The notes below the pieces were generated by a model. The model was not told where the DNA came from and did not search any database. It saw only the letters and a list, made by a program, of their open reading frames with translations. A stretch of 64,000 nucleotides of DNA, taken from assembly GCA_964617375.1 (NCBI GenBank), contig CAZTXQ010000004.1:34546-98545 (forward strand), written 5' to 3'. Made by a program: the position numbers and the translations under genes. The DNA is from an uncultured Mageeibacillus sp. Its GTDB lineage: Bacteria > Bacillota > Clostridia > Saccharofermentanales > Saccharofermentanaceae. Shown piece by piece: positions 44,528 through 55,015 of this stretch. The first letter of the stretch is position 1. Every line of letters starts with the position of its first letter.

Positions 44528-45565
44528 ATGATTCCCCAAAAAACGCGGCGCGCCGCGCTTCCCGTCACATACCTCCTCGCTGTCCTTCTCCTTATGACAG
44601 TGATGCTCTTTTCGGTCTGTGCCGGCAGCGTCGCTGTCCCCGTTTCCGACACGTTAAAAACGATCTGGAATACCATTTGGGGCATACCGGTCCCTGAAGG
44701 TATCTCGCAGTCGATCATCGTCTTTGTACGCCTTCCGCGTGTCCTGTGCGTCGCTCTTGTAGGGGCATCGCTTTCGCTTTGCGGTGCCGCGATGCAGGGG
44801 CTTCTTCGGAACCCACTCGCGGACGGTTCGACGCTCGGCGTCTCATCCGGCGCCTCGGTCGGAGCCGTACTGGCCATCGCTTTCGGATTCAACCTGCCCG
44901 GTATTCCTTTCGGAGGCACGGTAATCCTCGCGACACTCTTTGCCTTTCTTACCATGATGCTCCTTCTGGCCCTCTCCTACCGGCTGGATTTCTCGCTCTC
45001 TACCAATACGATTATCCTGATGGGTGTGATCTTTTCGATGTTTGCGAACAGCATCATCAGTCTGATTATTACATTTGCGGGTTCGAGGCTTAAGTCGATC
45101 GTGTTCTGGACGATGGGATCGTTGGCCGGAAGCAGTTATCAGAACGCCGGCGTGCTCTTCGCCATACTTGTCCTGTTCGGCGCGGTGATTCTTCGATACT
45201 CGAGGGAGCTTAACGCGTTCGCAATCGGCGAAGACCATGCCAGGCATATTGGTGTCGAAGTGCGGCGAGTCAAGCTTCTGATTCTGATATCGGTGTCTGC
45301 CATCATCGGCGTCTGTGTCGCAATCGGCGGCACCATCGGGTTTGTCGGGCTTGTCATCCCGCATATTACGCGGTTCGTTACCGGCCCGAACCACAAAAAG
45401 CTTCTCCCCTTCTCCATGTTTGCCGGCGCGATCTTCCTGGTCCTGGCCGATCTTGCGGCCCGCGTGATCTTGAGCCCGATCGAATTGCCGATCGGCGTCG
45501 TAACTTCGTTTATCGGTTCGGTTGTCTTCATACTGATCTTCATAAAATACAAGAAAGGGGGCTGA
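44528..45565 (+). CDS. FecCD/BtuC-family ABC permease
   Basis: 345 aa and polytopic, with the family-typical GAAMQGLLRNPLADGSTLGVSSGA and GTIGFVGLVIPH motifs. Confidence 0.9.
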   Translation: MIPQKTRRAALPVTYLLAVLLLMTVMLFSVCAGSVAVPVSDTLKTIWNTIWGIPVPEGISQSIIVFVRLPRVLCVALVGASLSLCGAAMQGLLRNPLADGSTLGVSSGASVGAVLAIAFGFNLPGIPFGGTVILATLFAFLTMMLLLALSYRLDFSLSTNTIILMGVIFSMFANSIISLIITFAGSRLKSIVFWTMGSLAGSSYQNAGVLFAILVLFGAVILRYSRELNAFAIGEDHARHIGVEVRRVKLLILISVSAIIGVCVAIGGTIGFVGLVIPHITRFVTGPNHKKLLPFSMFAGAIFLVLADLAARVILSPIELPIGVVTSFIGSVVFILIFIKYKKGG

Positions 45566-45568
45566 CGT

Positions 45569-46441
45569 ATGCCGACTGACGAGAACCCTGTACAGAACAT
45601 GCTATCCGACACGGAAGACCGGCGCGTCCCGTCCGGCAATACGGCTCCCGACATTCTTTGCGGCACAAACGATCCCCGGGTCCTTCTTGATGTGGAGAAC
45701 CTTAAGGTCCGTCTCGGCAACCGCACGATTGTCGGCGGTGCATCCCTGAAAGTCATGCCCGGGCACTGGCTCATGGTGGCGGGACCGAACGGCGCCGGTA
45801 AAAGCACGCTGATCCACGCGGTTACCCAGGGAGTCCCCTACACAGGGAAGGTCCTTTTCGACGGCAAAGACATCTCGGAATTCAGAGCCGCCGAACTGGC
45901 CAGAAACATCGGGGTGCTGACGCAGAGCCATAGCGTTCATTACGATTTCACCGTCGAGGAGGTCGTCCGGCTCGGCCGCTACGCCTACTCGCCCGGTATT
46001 TTTTCGAAGGGAAACGACGGGGACGAGAGCGCAATTCGCTCGGCGCTCGAAAAAACGGGCCTCATCGATATCCGGAACCAGTCGGTGACGACGCTTTCCG
46101 GCGGCGAGAGGCAGCGGACGTTCCTCGCGCAGGTTTTCGCGCAGGATCCGCGTCTGCTGATTCTGGACGAACCTACGAATCACCTCGATCCGGTCTATCA
46201 GAAGCAGATTTTCGGCATGATCCGGAACTGGATTGCGGATTCCGGCAAAGCTGTCATCTCCGTCGTCCACGACTTAAGCCTCGCGAAAATGTTCGGGACG
46301 GACGCCCTTCTGATGCAGCAGGGACAGCCGTCCGAATCGGGGCCAATTGATACGGTCCTTACCGAAGAGAACCTGGAAAACGTCTACTCGATGGACATGT
46401 ACGGATGGATGAACGGGCTTCTCTCCCAGTGGCAGAGGTAA
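45569..46441 (+). CDS. ABC transporter ATP-binding protein (BtuD/FepC-like)
   Basis: It has Walker A GPNGAGKST, the signature LSGGERQR and Walker B LLILDEP. The first roughly 30 residues are not conserved-looking, so the true start may be internal. Confidence 0.9.
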   Translation: MPTDENPVQNMLSDTEDRRVPSGNTAPDILCGTNDPRVLLDVENLKVRLGNRTIVGGASLKVMPGHWLMVAGPNGAGKSTLIHAVTQGVPYTGKVLFDGKDISEFRAAELARNIGVLTQSHSVHYDFTVEEVVRLGRYAYSPGIFSKGNDGDESAIRSALEKTGLIDIRNQSVTTLSGGERQRTFLAQVFAQDPRLLILDEPTNHLDPVYQKQIFGMIRNWIADSGKAVISVVHDLSLAKMFGTDALLMQQGQPSESGPIDTVLTEENLENVYSMDMYGWMNGLLSQWQR

Positions 46442-46445
46442 ACAA

Positions 46446-46988
46446 ATGGCGAAGAACATTACGCTTATAACCGGCAGCCCGAGAGTCGGCGGCAATACGG
46501 ATCTTCTCGCGGATGCGTTCGTTCGCGGCGCAATCTCTTCGGGCAATACGGTGACCGTTTTCCATGCGGCCAGAAGCAGGATCGATGGATGCACCGACTG
46601 CAAATACTGTTTCGATCACGGCGGAGAGTGCCGGATCCAAGACGATATGCAGGATATCTACACTTCGCTCAGAAAGCCCGGCCTCCTCATACTGGCAAGC
46701 CCCGTATACTGGTACGGACTCACCGGTCAGATCAAGACTGCGATTGACAAAATGTTCGCAGGTGCCCGGAAGCCCTTCCCGATCACCGGTATCGGGCTCC
46801 TTCTTGCAGCAGGAAGCACGGACCCGGAGGTCACTGCTCCGTCCGTCGCCCATTTTGAAGCGATCTCGCGTTATATGGGCTGGGAAAGTATCGGACTTGT
46901 CACGGCATACGGCGTTCATGCGCCGGGTGATATCGTGGGGCGTCCTTCTCTTGATGCCGCGTACGAATTCGGGAAAAGCATCGGCTGA
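46446..46988 (+). CDS. flavodoxin-fold NADPH-dependent FMN reductase / iron-sulfur flavoprotein-like
   Basis: It has ITLITGSPRVGGNT, a Cys cluster (CTDCKYCFDHGGEC) and the SPVYWYG motif. Confidence 0.7.
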   Translation: MAKNITLITGSPRVGGNTDLLADAFVRGAISSGNTVTVFHAARSRIDGCTDCKYCFDHGGECRIQDDMQDIYTSLRKPGLLILASPVYWYGLTGQIKTAIDKMFAGARKPFPITGIGLLLAAGSTDPEVTAPSVAHFEAISRYMGWESIGLVTAYGVHAPGDIVGRPSLDAAYEFGKSIG

Positions 46989-47062
46989 TCCGGGATATCC
47001 AATTCTTGGCATCTCGAACACAGGCGGCATTTTTGAGCCGGCAGAAGGGTCGGGAACGGGTT

Positions 47063-47255
47063 TACAGCCTGAAAGAGTCAAAATGACGATTTAGGCCGTA
47101 GTTTTTGCGAAAACGCAGGCGCCGGAAGGGCCAAACTACAGCCTGAAAGAGTCAAAATGACGATTTAGGCCGTAGTTTTTGCGAAAACACAGGCGCCGGA
47201 AGGGCTAAGCTACAGCCTGAAAGAGCCAAAGAGTCAAACTGGGCTGTATCGTTAA
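47063..47255. repeat. 2.6 tandem copies of a 74-bp hairpin plus T-tract unit (array B) in a convergent intergenic region
   Basis: Copies start at 47063, 47137 and 47211. The unit is tacagcctgaaagagtcaaaatgacgatttaggccgtag followed by tttttgcgaaaac(g/a)caggcgccggaaggg. Confidence 0.9.
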
Positions 47256-47288
47256 GATAGATATTGTCAGCGTTGACACATACGCGTC

Positions 47289-50273
47289 TTAGAGCAGATA
47301 CTCGTACCGCTCCAGAACCGCCGTTATGATCTTCACGATTCCGTCCGGGACATCCGCCGATTCTTCACCGGGCAGGAAGTCGAATATTTCTCCGTCGACC
47401 CTTACCTTGCAGGCACCCGTGCCGGTATCGGTGACCGTAAAGCCCTGCTGGCTTCCGGACCCCATATCGGCCTCGTTCGTGAAAAGCGTAAATTTGTCGC
47501 GGTACGGAGCGCTGTCGTACGGACAGAAACAGGCACAGTTCCCGCATTCGTTGCACAGCCGGTCAAGGTGAAGAATCTGATGCTGCCGAAAGCCCGGCAC
47601 TTGTATCGACACGTTCGCGCGGTTCGGACAGACGTCGGCGCAGATCTCACAAACGACGCCGCAGCTTAAGCATCTTGCACTGTCGGACAAAGACGGATCC
47701 TCGTCCTTCAGAATTCCTTTCTTCCGGATAACCGATTCTCTCCTGGAAGTTTCGTCATAATCGCGGGTCACCTTGCCGCCCGCAATCGCTTCGGCGGCCA
47801 CAGTCGCATCACGGATCGCCTCGACAACCGATGCAGGGCCCTGAAGTCCGTCGCCCACGGCATAAACACCGGGAAGGTTCGTCTCATTCGTCTTCTTATC
47901 AACCGCAGGACGTCCGTATTTGTCGACCTCGATCCCGTTGTCGCGGTAGAACTTCTCCGGTACTTTTTCTCCGACCGCGCTGATTATGGTATCGCATGCG
48001 ACGCAGACTTCCTCGCCCGTATCGCTTACGGAGCGCCGTCCGTCCGCACCCGGCTCGCCGAGCGCCATTTTGCTGCAGACCATCTTGCCGTCGCTGCTCA
48101 TGACCGGCGCGAGAAGATGAAGAAATTCGATTCCTTCCTCCTCAAGCATTTGAAGTTCCTCTTCGTCGGCCGGCATATATCTCTTCGTCCTCCGGTACAC
48201 GACGGCAACCTGCGTGACGCCCGATGTCCGTTTCGCGGCGCGGGCCGTATCCATCGCGGTGTTGCCGCCGCCGATTACGACAACGCGGCGTCCGATGTCC
48301 ATTTTCCCGCCGGTGCGTTTGAATTCTTCCAGGAAATCAATCGCGTTTATGGACGTTCCGGTTTTAAGCTCCATCGACCCCGGAACCGGTGCGCCGACGG
48401 CCAGAACAACCGCGTCATACTCTTTCTTTAGTTCCGCGACATCCGTGATTTCTTTCCCCGTCACAAGCCGGGCTCCCGCCGCCTTAATCAGTTCGATATC
48501 GCGGTCGATTCTATCCTCCGGAATCCGGAATCCGGGAATCGCGTACCGGATGACTCCGCCCGCTTTTTCGCGCTTCTCGAAAACGGTCGTATCGATGCCG
48601 CTTCGCGCGAGAAAGTAAGCCGCCGCAAGTCCTGCGGGACCGGCTCCGACAACCGCAGCCGTTCGGCCTCTTTTATCCGGTGCAACCGCTGTACTCATCA
48701 GCTCCGCGAATCCGCCCTCTGCCGCTTCAAGCTTGGCGCGGCGGATGTTGACGGGCTGCTCGTAATGGTTTCTTGTACACTTGTCCATGCAGTTGTGGAC
48801 GCAGATGGTCCCGGTTATAAAGGGCAGCGGGTTCTTCTCGGTGATCACCTTCAAAGCATCGAAGTATTTTCCCTCGTCGACGAGTTTCAAATAAGCGCTG
48901 CAGTCCTGATGGATCGGGCAGCCCTCGCGGCAGGGCGTCATAAAGCAGTCGGTAAGCGGGACCTTACCCGATATTTTTCGCGTGGGCAGAGGTTTAATGG
49001 GCTTCGTGTGGTGCGGATCGGTTTTCGCCTCTTCCGCCAGCCCATATGCCTTTTTAAAGTTCGTGCCGCTGAACCCCAGGGGTTTCACGCGCTCAAAGAG
49101 ACCGGCGATCTGTGTAAGGCGCTGATAGCCGCCGGGCTTCAGAAGCGTTGAAGCCATGGTTACGGGCCAGATGCCCGCATCGACGATCTTTGCGATGTTG
49201 AAGAAATCGGCGCCGCCCGAGAAAGAGATTCTCAAATCTCCGTGAAAAGCATCGGCCAGGCGTGCCGCGACGGTCATCGACAGCGCGAAAAGCGCCTTTC
49301 CCGACATATACATCTCCTTGCCGGGGAGCTCTCCCGCTGTAATATCTACGGGAAGGGTGTTCGAGATCTTGACGCCGAACTCCAGTCCCTTCGCGGCGGC
49401 TTTCTCCTGTAAGCGCCGGATCATCGGAACTGCCTCCGCGTACGGAAGATCCTCGCGGAAATGCAGATCACCGAACGCGATATAGTCGTAGCCCATATCG
49501 TCCAGCGTCTTTCTCGTAAAGTCATATCCCAGAAGCGTCGGATTGCATTTGACGAACGTGTGCAGGTTCTTCTCATCGATCAGATAAGCGGCAATCCGCT
49601 CGATCTCATGCGCCGGACAGCCGTGAAGCGTCGACAGCGTGACGGAATCACAGATGACGGGCGAAATCGCTTCGGCATCCTCGGAACCGAATTTCTCGAA
49701 AAGCGCCGCGTTCTTTCTGAGCCAGGCCGTGCAGGACGTGAAGACCGGTGTTTCCGAGGCGTCTTTAAGCCCTTCGATAAAGCGGTCGATTTTCTCCGAA
49801 CGGATGCCTTCCAAACTGTAGCCGACGCTTGCGTTGAACCGGAATCCGTCGGATGAGCCGAGATCGAATTCTTTCGAGATGACCTTGATCGCAATCCAGG
49901 CCTTCACGTATTCGTCAAAGGCTTCGGATACCTTAAGCTCCGTAGACCACTCGCAGTTGTAGCACTCGTCGTCCGATAAGATGCAGGGCTTCGATACGAC
50001 CAGATCCTCACCGTCAAGTGTCTGAACGGTCTTGAGCTCGAAAAATCGGCTTCCGGCATAGTAAGCGGCGACGAGATTCTGGGCAAGCTGCGTATGCGGT
50101 CCCGCTGCGGGACCGAACGGCATTTCGAGCGGCTTCCCGAAAAGCTCGCGGCCGCGGTTTGGGGCGGCGTGATATGCGCGCCTTACACCGAACACGGTGT
50201 CGTGCCTTTGCTTCTCCGTTATGATTTGCGTCATCAGATCCGGAAATGAAATCGGTGTCATCCTATCGCTCAT
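47289..50273 (-). CDS. ygfK: YgfK-type putative selenate reductase / oxidoreductase subunit (DPD-like, GltD-like and 2x[4Fe-4S] domains)
   Basis: 994 aa. It has the Rossmann motif VVGAGPAGLAAAYFLAR and C-terminal ferredoxin motifs CLSCGVVCEICADVCP and CNECGNCACFCP. Its context matches the E. coli ygeW-ygfK type cluster. Confidence 0.75.
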   Translation of the reverse strand: MSDRMTPISFPDLMTQIITEKQRHDTVFGVRRAYHAAPNRGRELFGKPLEMPFGPAAGPHTQLAQNLVAAYYAGSRFFELKTVQTLDGEDLVVSKPCILSDDECYNCEWSTELKVSEAFDEYVKAWIAIKVISKEFDLGSSDGFRFNASVGYSLEGIRSEKIDRFIEGLKDASETPVFTSCTAWLRKNAALFEKFGSEDAEAISPVICDSVTLSTLHGCPAHEIERIAAYLIDEKNLHTFVKCNPTLLGYDFTRKTLDDMGYDYIAFGDLHFREDLPYAEAVPMIRRLQEKAAAKGLEFGVKISNTLPVDITAGELPGKEMYMSGKALFALSMTVAARLADAFHGDLRISFSGGADFFNIAKIVDAGIWPVTMASTLLKPGGYQRLTQIAGLFERVKPLGFSGTNFKKAYGLAEEAKTDPHHTKPIKPLPTRKISGKVPLTDCFMTPCREGCPIHQDCSAYLKLVDEGKYFDALKVITEKNPLPFITGTICVHNCMDKCTRNHYEQPVNIRRAKLEAAEGGFAELMSTAVAPDKRGRTAAVVGAGPAGLAAAYFLARSGIDTTVFEKREKAGGVIRYAIPGFRIPEDRIDRDIELIKAAGARLVTGKEITDVAELKKEYDAVVLAVGAPVPGSMELKTGTSINAIDFLEEFKRTGGKMDIGRRVVVIGGGNTAMDTARAAKRTSGVTQVAVVYRRTKRYMPADEEELQMLEEEGIEFLHLLAPVMSSDGKMVCSKMALGEPGADGRRSVSDTGEEVCVACDTIISAVGEKVPEKFYRDNGIEVDKYGRPAVDKKTNETNLPGVYAVGDGLQGPASVVEAIRDATVAAEAIAGGKVTRDYDETSRRESVIRKKGILKDEDPSLSDSARCLSCGVVCEICADVCPNRANVSIQVPGFRQHQILHLDRLCNECGNCACFCPYDSAPYRDKFTLFTNEADMGSGSQQGFTVTDTGTGACKVRVDGEIFDFLPGEESADVPDGIVKIITAVLERYEYLL

Positions 50274-50358
50274 ACTCGTCTCCTTAAGCCTTTCTGTCGG
50301 ATCCGCTCCCGCGTATTCCGCTGCCGTTCATGCCAAATAAAGGGATTGTGTTTATTGC

Positions 50359-50979
50359 TTATACCTTTAGCGGAGTGTCAATATCCGTAAGCTCCGCAAG
50401 ACTCATCTCAAACCGTTCCGTATCCTCCGGGTGCCGCCTCACGATCTTCCGGCCGCCGGTATCACCGACAAGCGCCATCAGCTCACCGAAATATTTCCTG
50501 TCAAAGGATACCGGATTCCCGGGAGTACCTTCGTGCGAGGCCGTCAGAATTCCTTTATCGGTTATAGCCGCCCGGTCCAGAAATGCTTCGAGCGTCTCAA
50601 ACCGGAGATACGGTTGATCGGCCGTGAAAAACACGGCGCATGCACCATCGGATGCCAGACCGGGCGTGCCCGATATCGCCTTAAGTCCCAGCCGCAGGGA
50701 GAGCGAGATTCCTTCCTCCGTCTGATCGTTCCTTACAGCCGTAAACCCCGCTTTACGCGCGGCGTCCAGAATCTCCTCGTACCGCGAAACAACCGTCACC
50801 AGGGTCTTTCCCGGCTTCTCTCCGAGGTACCTTACGAGCAGATCAAAAACATGCCGGAACATCGGCTTGCCGTCAATCGGTACGAGAAGCTTGTTGGCTC
50901 CGTAGCGGGTGCTTCCGCCGGAGGCCAGAAGAATCAGATGGAGTCTCCTATATACGCTCAAATCGGTATCCTCCGTCAC
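50359..50979 (-). CDS. mocA: molybdenum cofactor cytidylyltransferase (MocA/YgfJ-like NTP transferase)
   Basis: It has the ILLASGGSTRYGANKLL nucleotide-binding loop, is about 200 aa long, and sits next to a molybdenum hydroxylase gene. Confidence 0.75.
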   Translation of the reverse strand: MTEDTDLSVYRRLHLILLASGGSTRYGANKLLVPIDGKPMFRHVFDLLVRYLGEKPGKTLVTVVSRYEEILDAARKAGFTAVRNDQTEEGISLSLRLGLKAISGTPGLASDGACAVFFTADQPYLRFETLEAFLDRAAITDKGILTASHEGTPGNPVSFDRKYFGELMALVGDTGGRKIVRRHPEDTERFEMSLAELTDIDTPLKV

Positions 50980-50985
50980 ATTCCT

Positions 50986-53580
50986 TTACCGGTTCGGTTT
51001 GTATGCGGTATTTTCGAGCGGGAGTCGGGTCCTTGCGACACCGTCGACCCGGTAAGCGGCCGCCGCGGCCGCCGGAGCTGCGGCAACACTGCTGATCTCG
51101 CCGATCCCTTTCGCGCCGTACGCGAGTCCCTCTTTCCCGGCCTTGCCGATCAGAATCACTTCGATCGGCGGCACATCGGTTGACCTTAAGAGTCCTAGAG
51201 TGTTGTATGTGCTTTTCACGTACCCGTTCTCCGTAATGAAATTCTCGGTCAGGGCGAATCCCAAGCCCATCGTGACTCCGCCTTCAATCTGTCCCTCACA
51301 GAGCTTCGGATTGACGGCCCGTCCGACATCGTGCGCGGCGACAGCCCGAATGACTTTTTTGCTCTCGTCCATAATCACAACCTGCGCGCCGTATCCGTAG
51401 GCGACATGGCTTACCGGATGCTCCTTGCCGGAACGCATCGGGTCCGTTATGCCGCTGTATTCACCGTAAAATTCCTCGCCTTCCAATTCCCCGAGCGACT
51501 TCTCAAGGAGAGCTTCTTTCAGCAGGAGCGCGGCCTTTTTCGTGGCTTCACCGCAGAAAAGAGTCTGCCGCGACGCCGTGGTCGTGCCGCTGTTCGGCGT
51601 AAGGAAGGTATCCGGCGTCTCGCGGATGACGCGGTCGGCCGGGATACCAGCCGTCTCGCAAACGATCTGGACGGCAACCGTCCCGATCCCCTGTCCCATG
51701 TCGGCCGCTGAAGTCCGGACGTGTACAATCCCGTCCTTGATTTTAAGCGTGGTGCGGCCGAAATCCGGAAGTCCGACCCCGAGCCCGCTGTTCTTCATAC
51801 AGCCCGCAATCCCCGCAAAGGGGCTGCTCCGGTACGCTTCTTTTACGGCATCGAGACATTCGACAAAGGCCGTCTCTTCCGAAGCGATCTGTCCGTTGGG
51901 CAGCGATTCGCCGGGCCGGATTGCGTTCATGCGGCGGAATTCCCACGGATCAATGCCCGCTTTTTCCGCGAGCAGCGTAATATTCATTTCCTGCGCGAAG
52001 CAGCTCTGTGTCACGCCGAAGCCGCGAAAAGCGCCGCCCGGAACGTTGTTGGTATAGACACAGTAGCCGTCCGCCTTAAAGTTGTCGAAGTGATACGGGC
52101 CACCGGCATGCGTGCACGCGCGCTGCAGAACCGGCCCGCCGAGCGATGCGTAAGCGCCGCAGTCGGATATCAGGAGGACCTTGGTCGCCGTTATATTGCC
52201 TTTTGCGTCACAGGCCGTCGTGATATCGATCTCCATCGCATGGCGCTTGACGTGAACATTGAGGCTCTCCTGACGCGAGAACTTGACCTTAACCGGTCTC
52301 CCCGTCTTCCACGCCATCAGTGCGGCGTGGTGCTGCACGCTCATATCCTCCTTGCCGCCGAACCCGCCGCCGACGAGCACGGACCGGCACCGGATGCTCC
52401 CGTTCGGAATCTTGAGCATCGCGGCGATCTCGCGCTGTTCGTCATAAACAGACTGCGAAGCCGTATAAACGGTAAGCTCGGGCTCCTCCGGATCGCCCTT
52501 TGCGGCAGATCCGACCCCGAAGGCTTTCGGTATAGCGACGGCACATTCCGGTTCCATAAAGGCGTGGTCGGTCTGGGGCGTCGAATAGTGCGTGGTAACG
52601 GCAAAAGCTGCTTCGGCAATCGCCTGATCGGCATCTCCCCTATCGACATATTCATGCGTGAGTATGTTGCCGTTCGGATGCAGCTTCGGCGCATTTTCTG
52701 CGAGAGCAGCTGCCGGACTTGTAACCGGATCAAGAACCGTGTAATCCACTTCGACAAGGGCCAGAATCTCGTCTAAGGATTCCTCGTATAAAGATGCCGC
52801 CAGCACGATCGCATCCCCGATATAGCGCGTAATGTCGCCTTCGGCAATCAGGACATCCCAGTCCTTTACGATGTGGCCCGTCTTGTTGAAAGGCACATCC
52901 GCCGCGGTAAGAACCGTGACGCAGTCCGGGTGCGCGAGCGCCTTTTCGATGTTGATCCGGTCAACTCTGGCCCGTGGATACGTTGAACGGAGCGCTTTGG
53001 CATAGATCATCCCCGGCACCGTAAAATCGTCTGCGAATAAGCCGGTTCCGCATACCTTTTCCGCAGCATCGACACGGTGAAGGGACTCGCCGACTCCGGC
53101 CGCTTTGGAGATATCCGGGACCGGTGCATTTTCTCTGAAAAGCCCGGCCGCCATCAGGATCGCCGTCTCAATCTTCGCGTATCCGGTACAGCGGCAAATG
53201 TTGCCGTTGATCGCTTTCACGACATCGCCGCGCGCGGGATCCGGATTCGTATCGAGCAGACACTTCGCGCTCATAACCATTCCCGGCATACAGAAGCCGC
53301 ACTGGACGGCGCCTGCCTCCGCAAACGCATAGGAATAGACCGCCTTCTCCCGATCACTTAAGCCCTCAATCGTAACAATGGTCTTGCCGGCGAGCGAGGA
53401 TGTCTTAGGGACACAGGCGCGTGCCTTTCTGCCGTCAACGATCACCGTGCAGGTTCCGCAGGCCCCCGAACCGCAGCCTTCCTTTGTTCCCGTAAGTCCT
53501 AAGTCTTTCCGGAGGTAATCGATAAGACACACGTCTTTGTCCGTCGAACAGATTTGATTGTTCACTGTAAACACGAACAT
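50986..53580 (-). CDS. selenium-dependent-type xanthine dehydrogenase / molybdenum hydroxylase ([2Fe-2S] domain fused to a MoCo-binding subunit)
   Basis: The N-terminus has CGSGACGTCTV and CRCTGY 2Fe-2S motifs. A roughly 700-aa aldehyde-oxidase/XDH a/b-hammerhead and MoCo domain follows. Confidence 0.8.
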   Translation of the reverse strand: MFVFTVNNQICSTDKDVCLIDYLRKDLGLTGTKEGCGSGACGTCTVIVDGRKARACVPKTSSLAGKTIVTIEGLSDREKAVYSYAFAEAGAVQCGFCMPGMVMSAKCLLDTNPDPARGDVVKAINGNICRCTGYAKIETAILMAAGLFRENAPVPDISKAAGVGESLHRVDAAEKVCGTGLFADDFTVPGMIYAKALRSTYPRARVDRINIEKALAHPDCVTVLTAADVPFNKTGHIVKDWDVLIAEGDITRYIGDAIVLAASLYEESLDEILALVEVDYTVLDPVTSPAAALAENAPKLHPNGNILTHEYVDRGDADQAIAEAAFAVTTHYSTPQTDHAFMEPECAVAIPKAFGVGSAAKGDPEEPELTVYTASQSVYDEQREIAAMLKIPNGSIRCRSVLVGGGFGGKEDMSVQHHAALMAWKTGRPVKVKFSRQESLNVHVKRHAMEIDITTACDAKGNITATKVLLISDCGAYASLGGPVLQRACTHAGGPYHFDNFKADGYCVYTNNVPGGAFRGFGVTQSCFAQEMNITLLAEKAGIDPWEFRRMNAIRPGESLPNGQIASEETAFVECLDAVKEAYRSSPFAGIAGCMKNSGLGVGLPDFGRTTLKIKDGIVHVRTSAADMGQGIGTVAVQIVCETAGIPADRVIRETPDTFLTPNSGTTTASRQTLFCGEATKKAALLLKEALLEKSLGELEGEEFYGEYSGITDPMRSGKEHPVSHVAYGYGAQVVIMDESKKVIRAVAAHDVGRAVNPKLCEGQIEGGVTMGLGFALTENFITENGYVKSTYNTLGLLRSTDVPPIEVILIGKAGKEGLAYGAKGIGEISSVAAAPAAAAAAYRVDGVARTRLPLENTAYKPNR

Positions 53581-53592
53581 CTTTCTTACCCC

Positions 53593-54942
53593 CTATTTCA
53601 CGTAAACGCCGGTAAAAGGCTTCGTGATAAGACCGTTTTCAAGCACCGGTATTCCGTTCAGCAGTACATGCCGTACTTTACCCGTAACCTCTAAGCCCTC
53701 ATAGGGCGTATAGTCAAGATTTTGTGTCTGCTCCGCTGCGCGGATTCTGTGTGTTCCGCTCTTCTCATAAACGACGATATCCGCGTCGCTTCCTTCCCGG
53801 AGAACGCCTTTTCGCGGATACATGCCGTACATTTTCGCGGGATTCTCAGCCATCAGCCTTACGAGATCCGTGACCGGCAGAGACTCTTGGCAGGCGAGCT
53901 TCGTGTACATGAGAGGCACCCGGTGCTCCACGCCGGGAATGCCGCCCGGAATGCGCGAAAAGTCATGAAGCCCGATCGTCTTCTGCGTGTCGAAACGATA
54001 GCTGCAGTGGTCCGTCGCGATCGTCTGGATCTCGCAGTTTCGGATCGCTTCCAGGAGCGCCTCCCGATCTTCGGCTCTGCGCAGGGGAGGCGACATCACG
54101 TATTTCGCGCCTTCGAATCCGGGCCGTTCATACAGGGATGCATCTAAAAGAAGGTACTGCGGGCATGTCTCCGCGCTGATATCGATATCCGAAGCCCTCG
54201 CCTTGCGAAGTTCTGCAAGACCGGCCTTGCTGCTCAGGTGAACAACGTGAACCGGATATCCCGCGAGCTTTCCGATATAGGCAAGTCTCGAGACCGCTTC
54301 GGCTTCGGCGATGTCCGGATGCGATTTCGGATGTGCGGCCGGAGCCGATTCCCCGGCGGCCAGGAGTTCGGCCGTCCTGACTCTAAGGAAATCGCCGTTT
54401 TCGCAGTGGGCACCGAGGAGCCCGCCGATCTTCCTGATCTCTTTCAGAGCGTCGTAAATCACGCGGTCGCTCACGCCGATATCGTATGCCATATAGACCT
54501 TAAACGACGTGATTCCGAGAGCCGGCATCTCCGCGATCTCGCGGGCAAGACCATCGTTGAAATCGACGATCTCCATATGAAAACGATAATTGCAGGAAGA
54601 ATGGCCTTCCGCCATTGCCGTGGAGCGGTCGTACGCCGCGCGGAGAGTTCCGCCCTTGACGGGCGATGCAAAATTGATAATAGTCGTGGTTCCTCCGGCA
54701 AGCGCCGCCTTCGTACCGGTCTCAAAGCTGTCGGCCGTCGTGGTAAGGGCGTTTGTCATCTGGAAATGTGTGTGCGCGTCGATAAAGCCCGGGAACACAT
54801 AGGAATCCGTCGCGTCGATAACCGTATCTCCCGGCGCCGGAGCAATGCTCCCGGATATGCGAACGATCTTGCCGTCCGATATCGCGACGTCTGCCTTCTC
54901 TTCGATGTCCCTTACCAGAGTTCCGTTTTTGACGATAATCAT
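53593..54942 (-). CDS. hyuA: D-hydantoinase / dihydropyrimidinase family amidohydrolase (YgeZ/HyuA-like)
   Basis: It has GFIDAHTHF (the HxH metal site) and a conserved ...FKVYMAY carboxylated-Lys region. 449 aa. Confidence 0.8.
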   Translation of the reverse strand: MIIVKNGTLVRDIEEKADVAISDGKIVRISGSIAPAPGDTVIDATDSYVFPGFIDAHTHFQMTNALTTTADSFETGTKAALAGGTTTIINFASPVKGGTLRAAYDRSTAMAEGHSSCNYRFHMEIVDFNDGLAREIAEMPALGITSFKVYMAYDIGVSDRVIYDALKEIRKIGGLLGAHCENGDFLRVRTAELLAAGESAPAAHPKSHPDIAEAEAVSRLAYIGKLAGYPVHVVHLSSKAGLAELRKARASDIDISAETCPQYLLLDASLYERPGFEGAKYVMSPPLRRAEDREALLEAIRNCEIQTIATDHCSYRFDTQKTIGLHDFSRIPGGIPGVEHRVPLMYTKLACQESLPVTDLVRLMAENPAKMYGMYPRKGVLREGSDADIVVYEKSGTHRIRAAEQTQNLDYTPYEGLEVTGKVRHVLLNGIPVLENGLITKPFTGVYVK

Positions 54943-55015
54943 AAGCGTGAGTACGGATCTTCACAAAGAATCCGTACGCCTCCCTTCATGAACGTATGAG
55001 AAGTACATGTGACGA

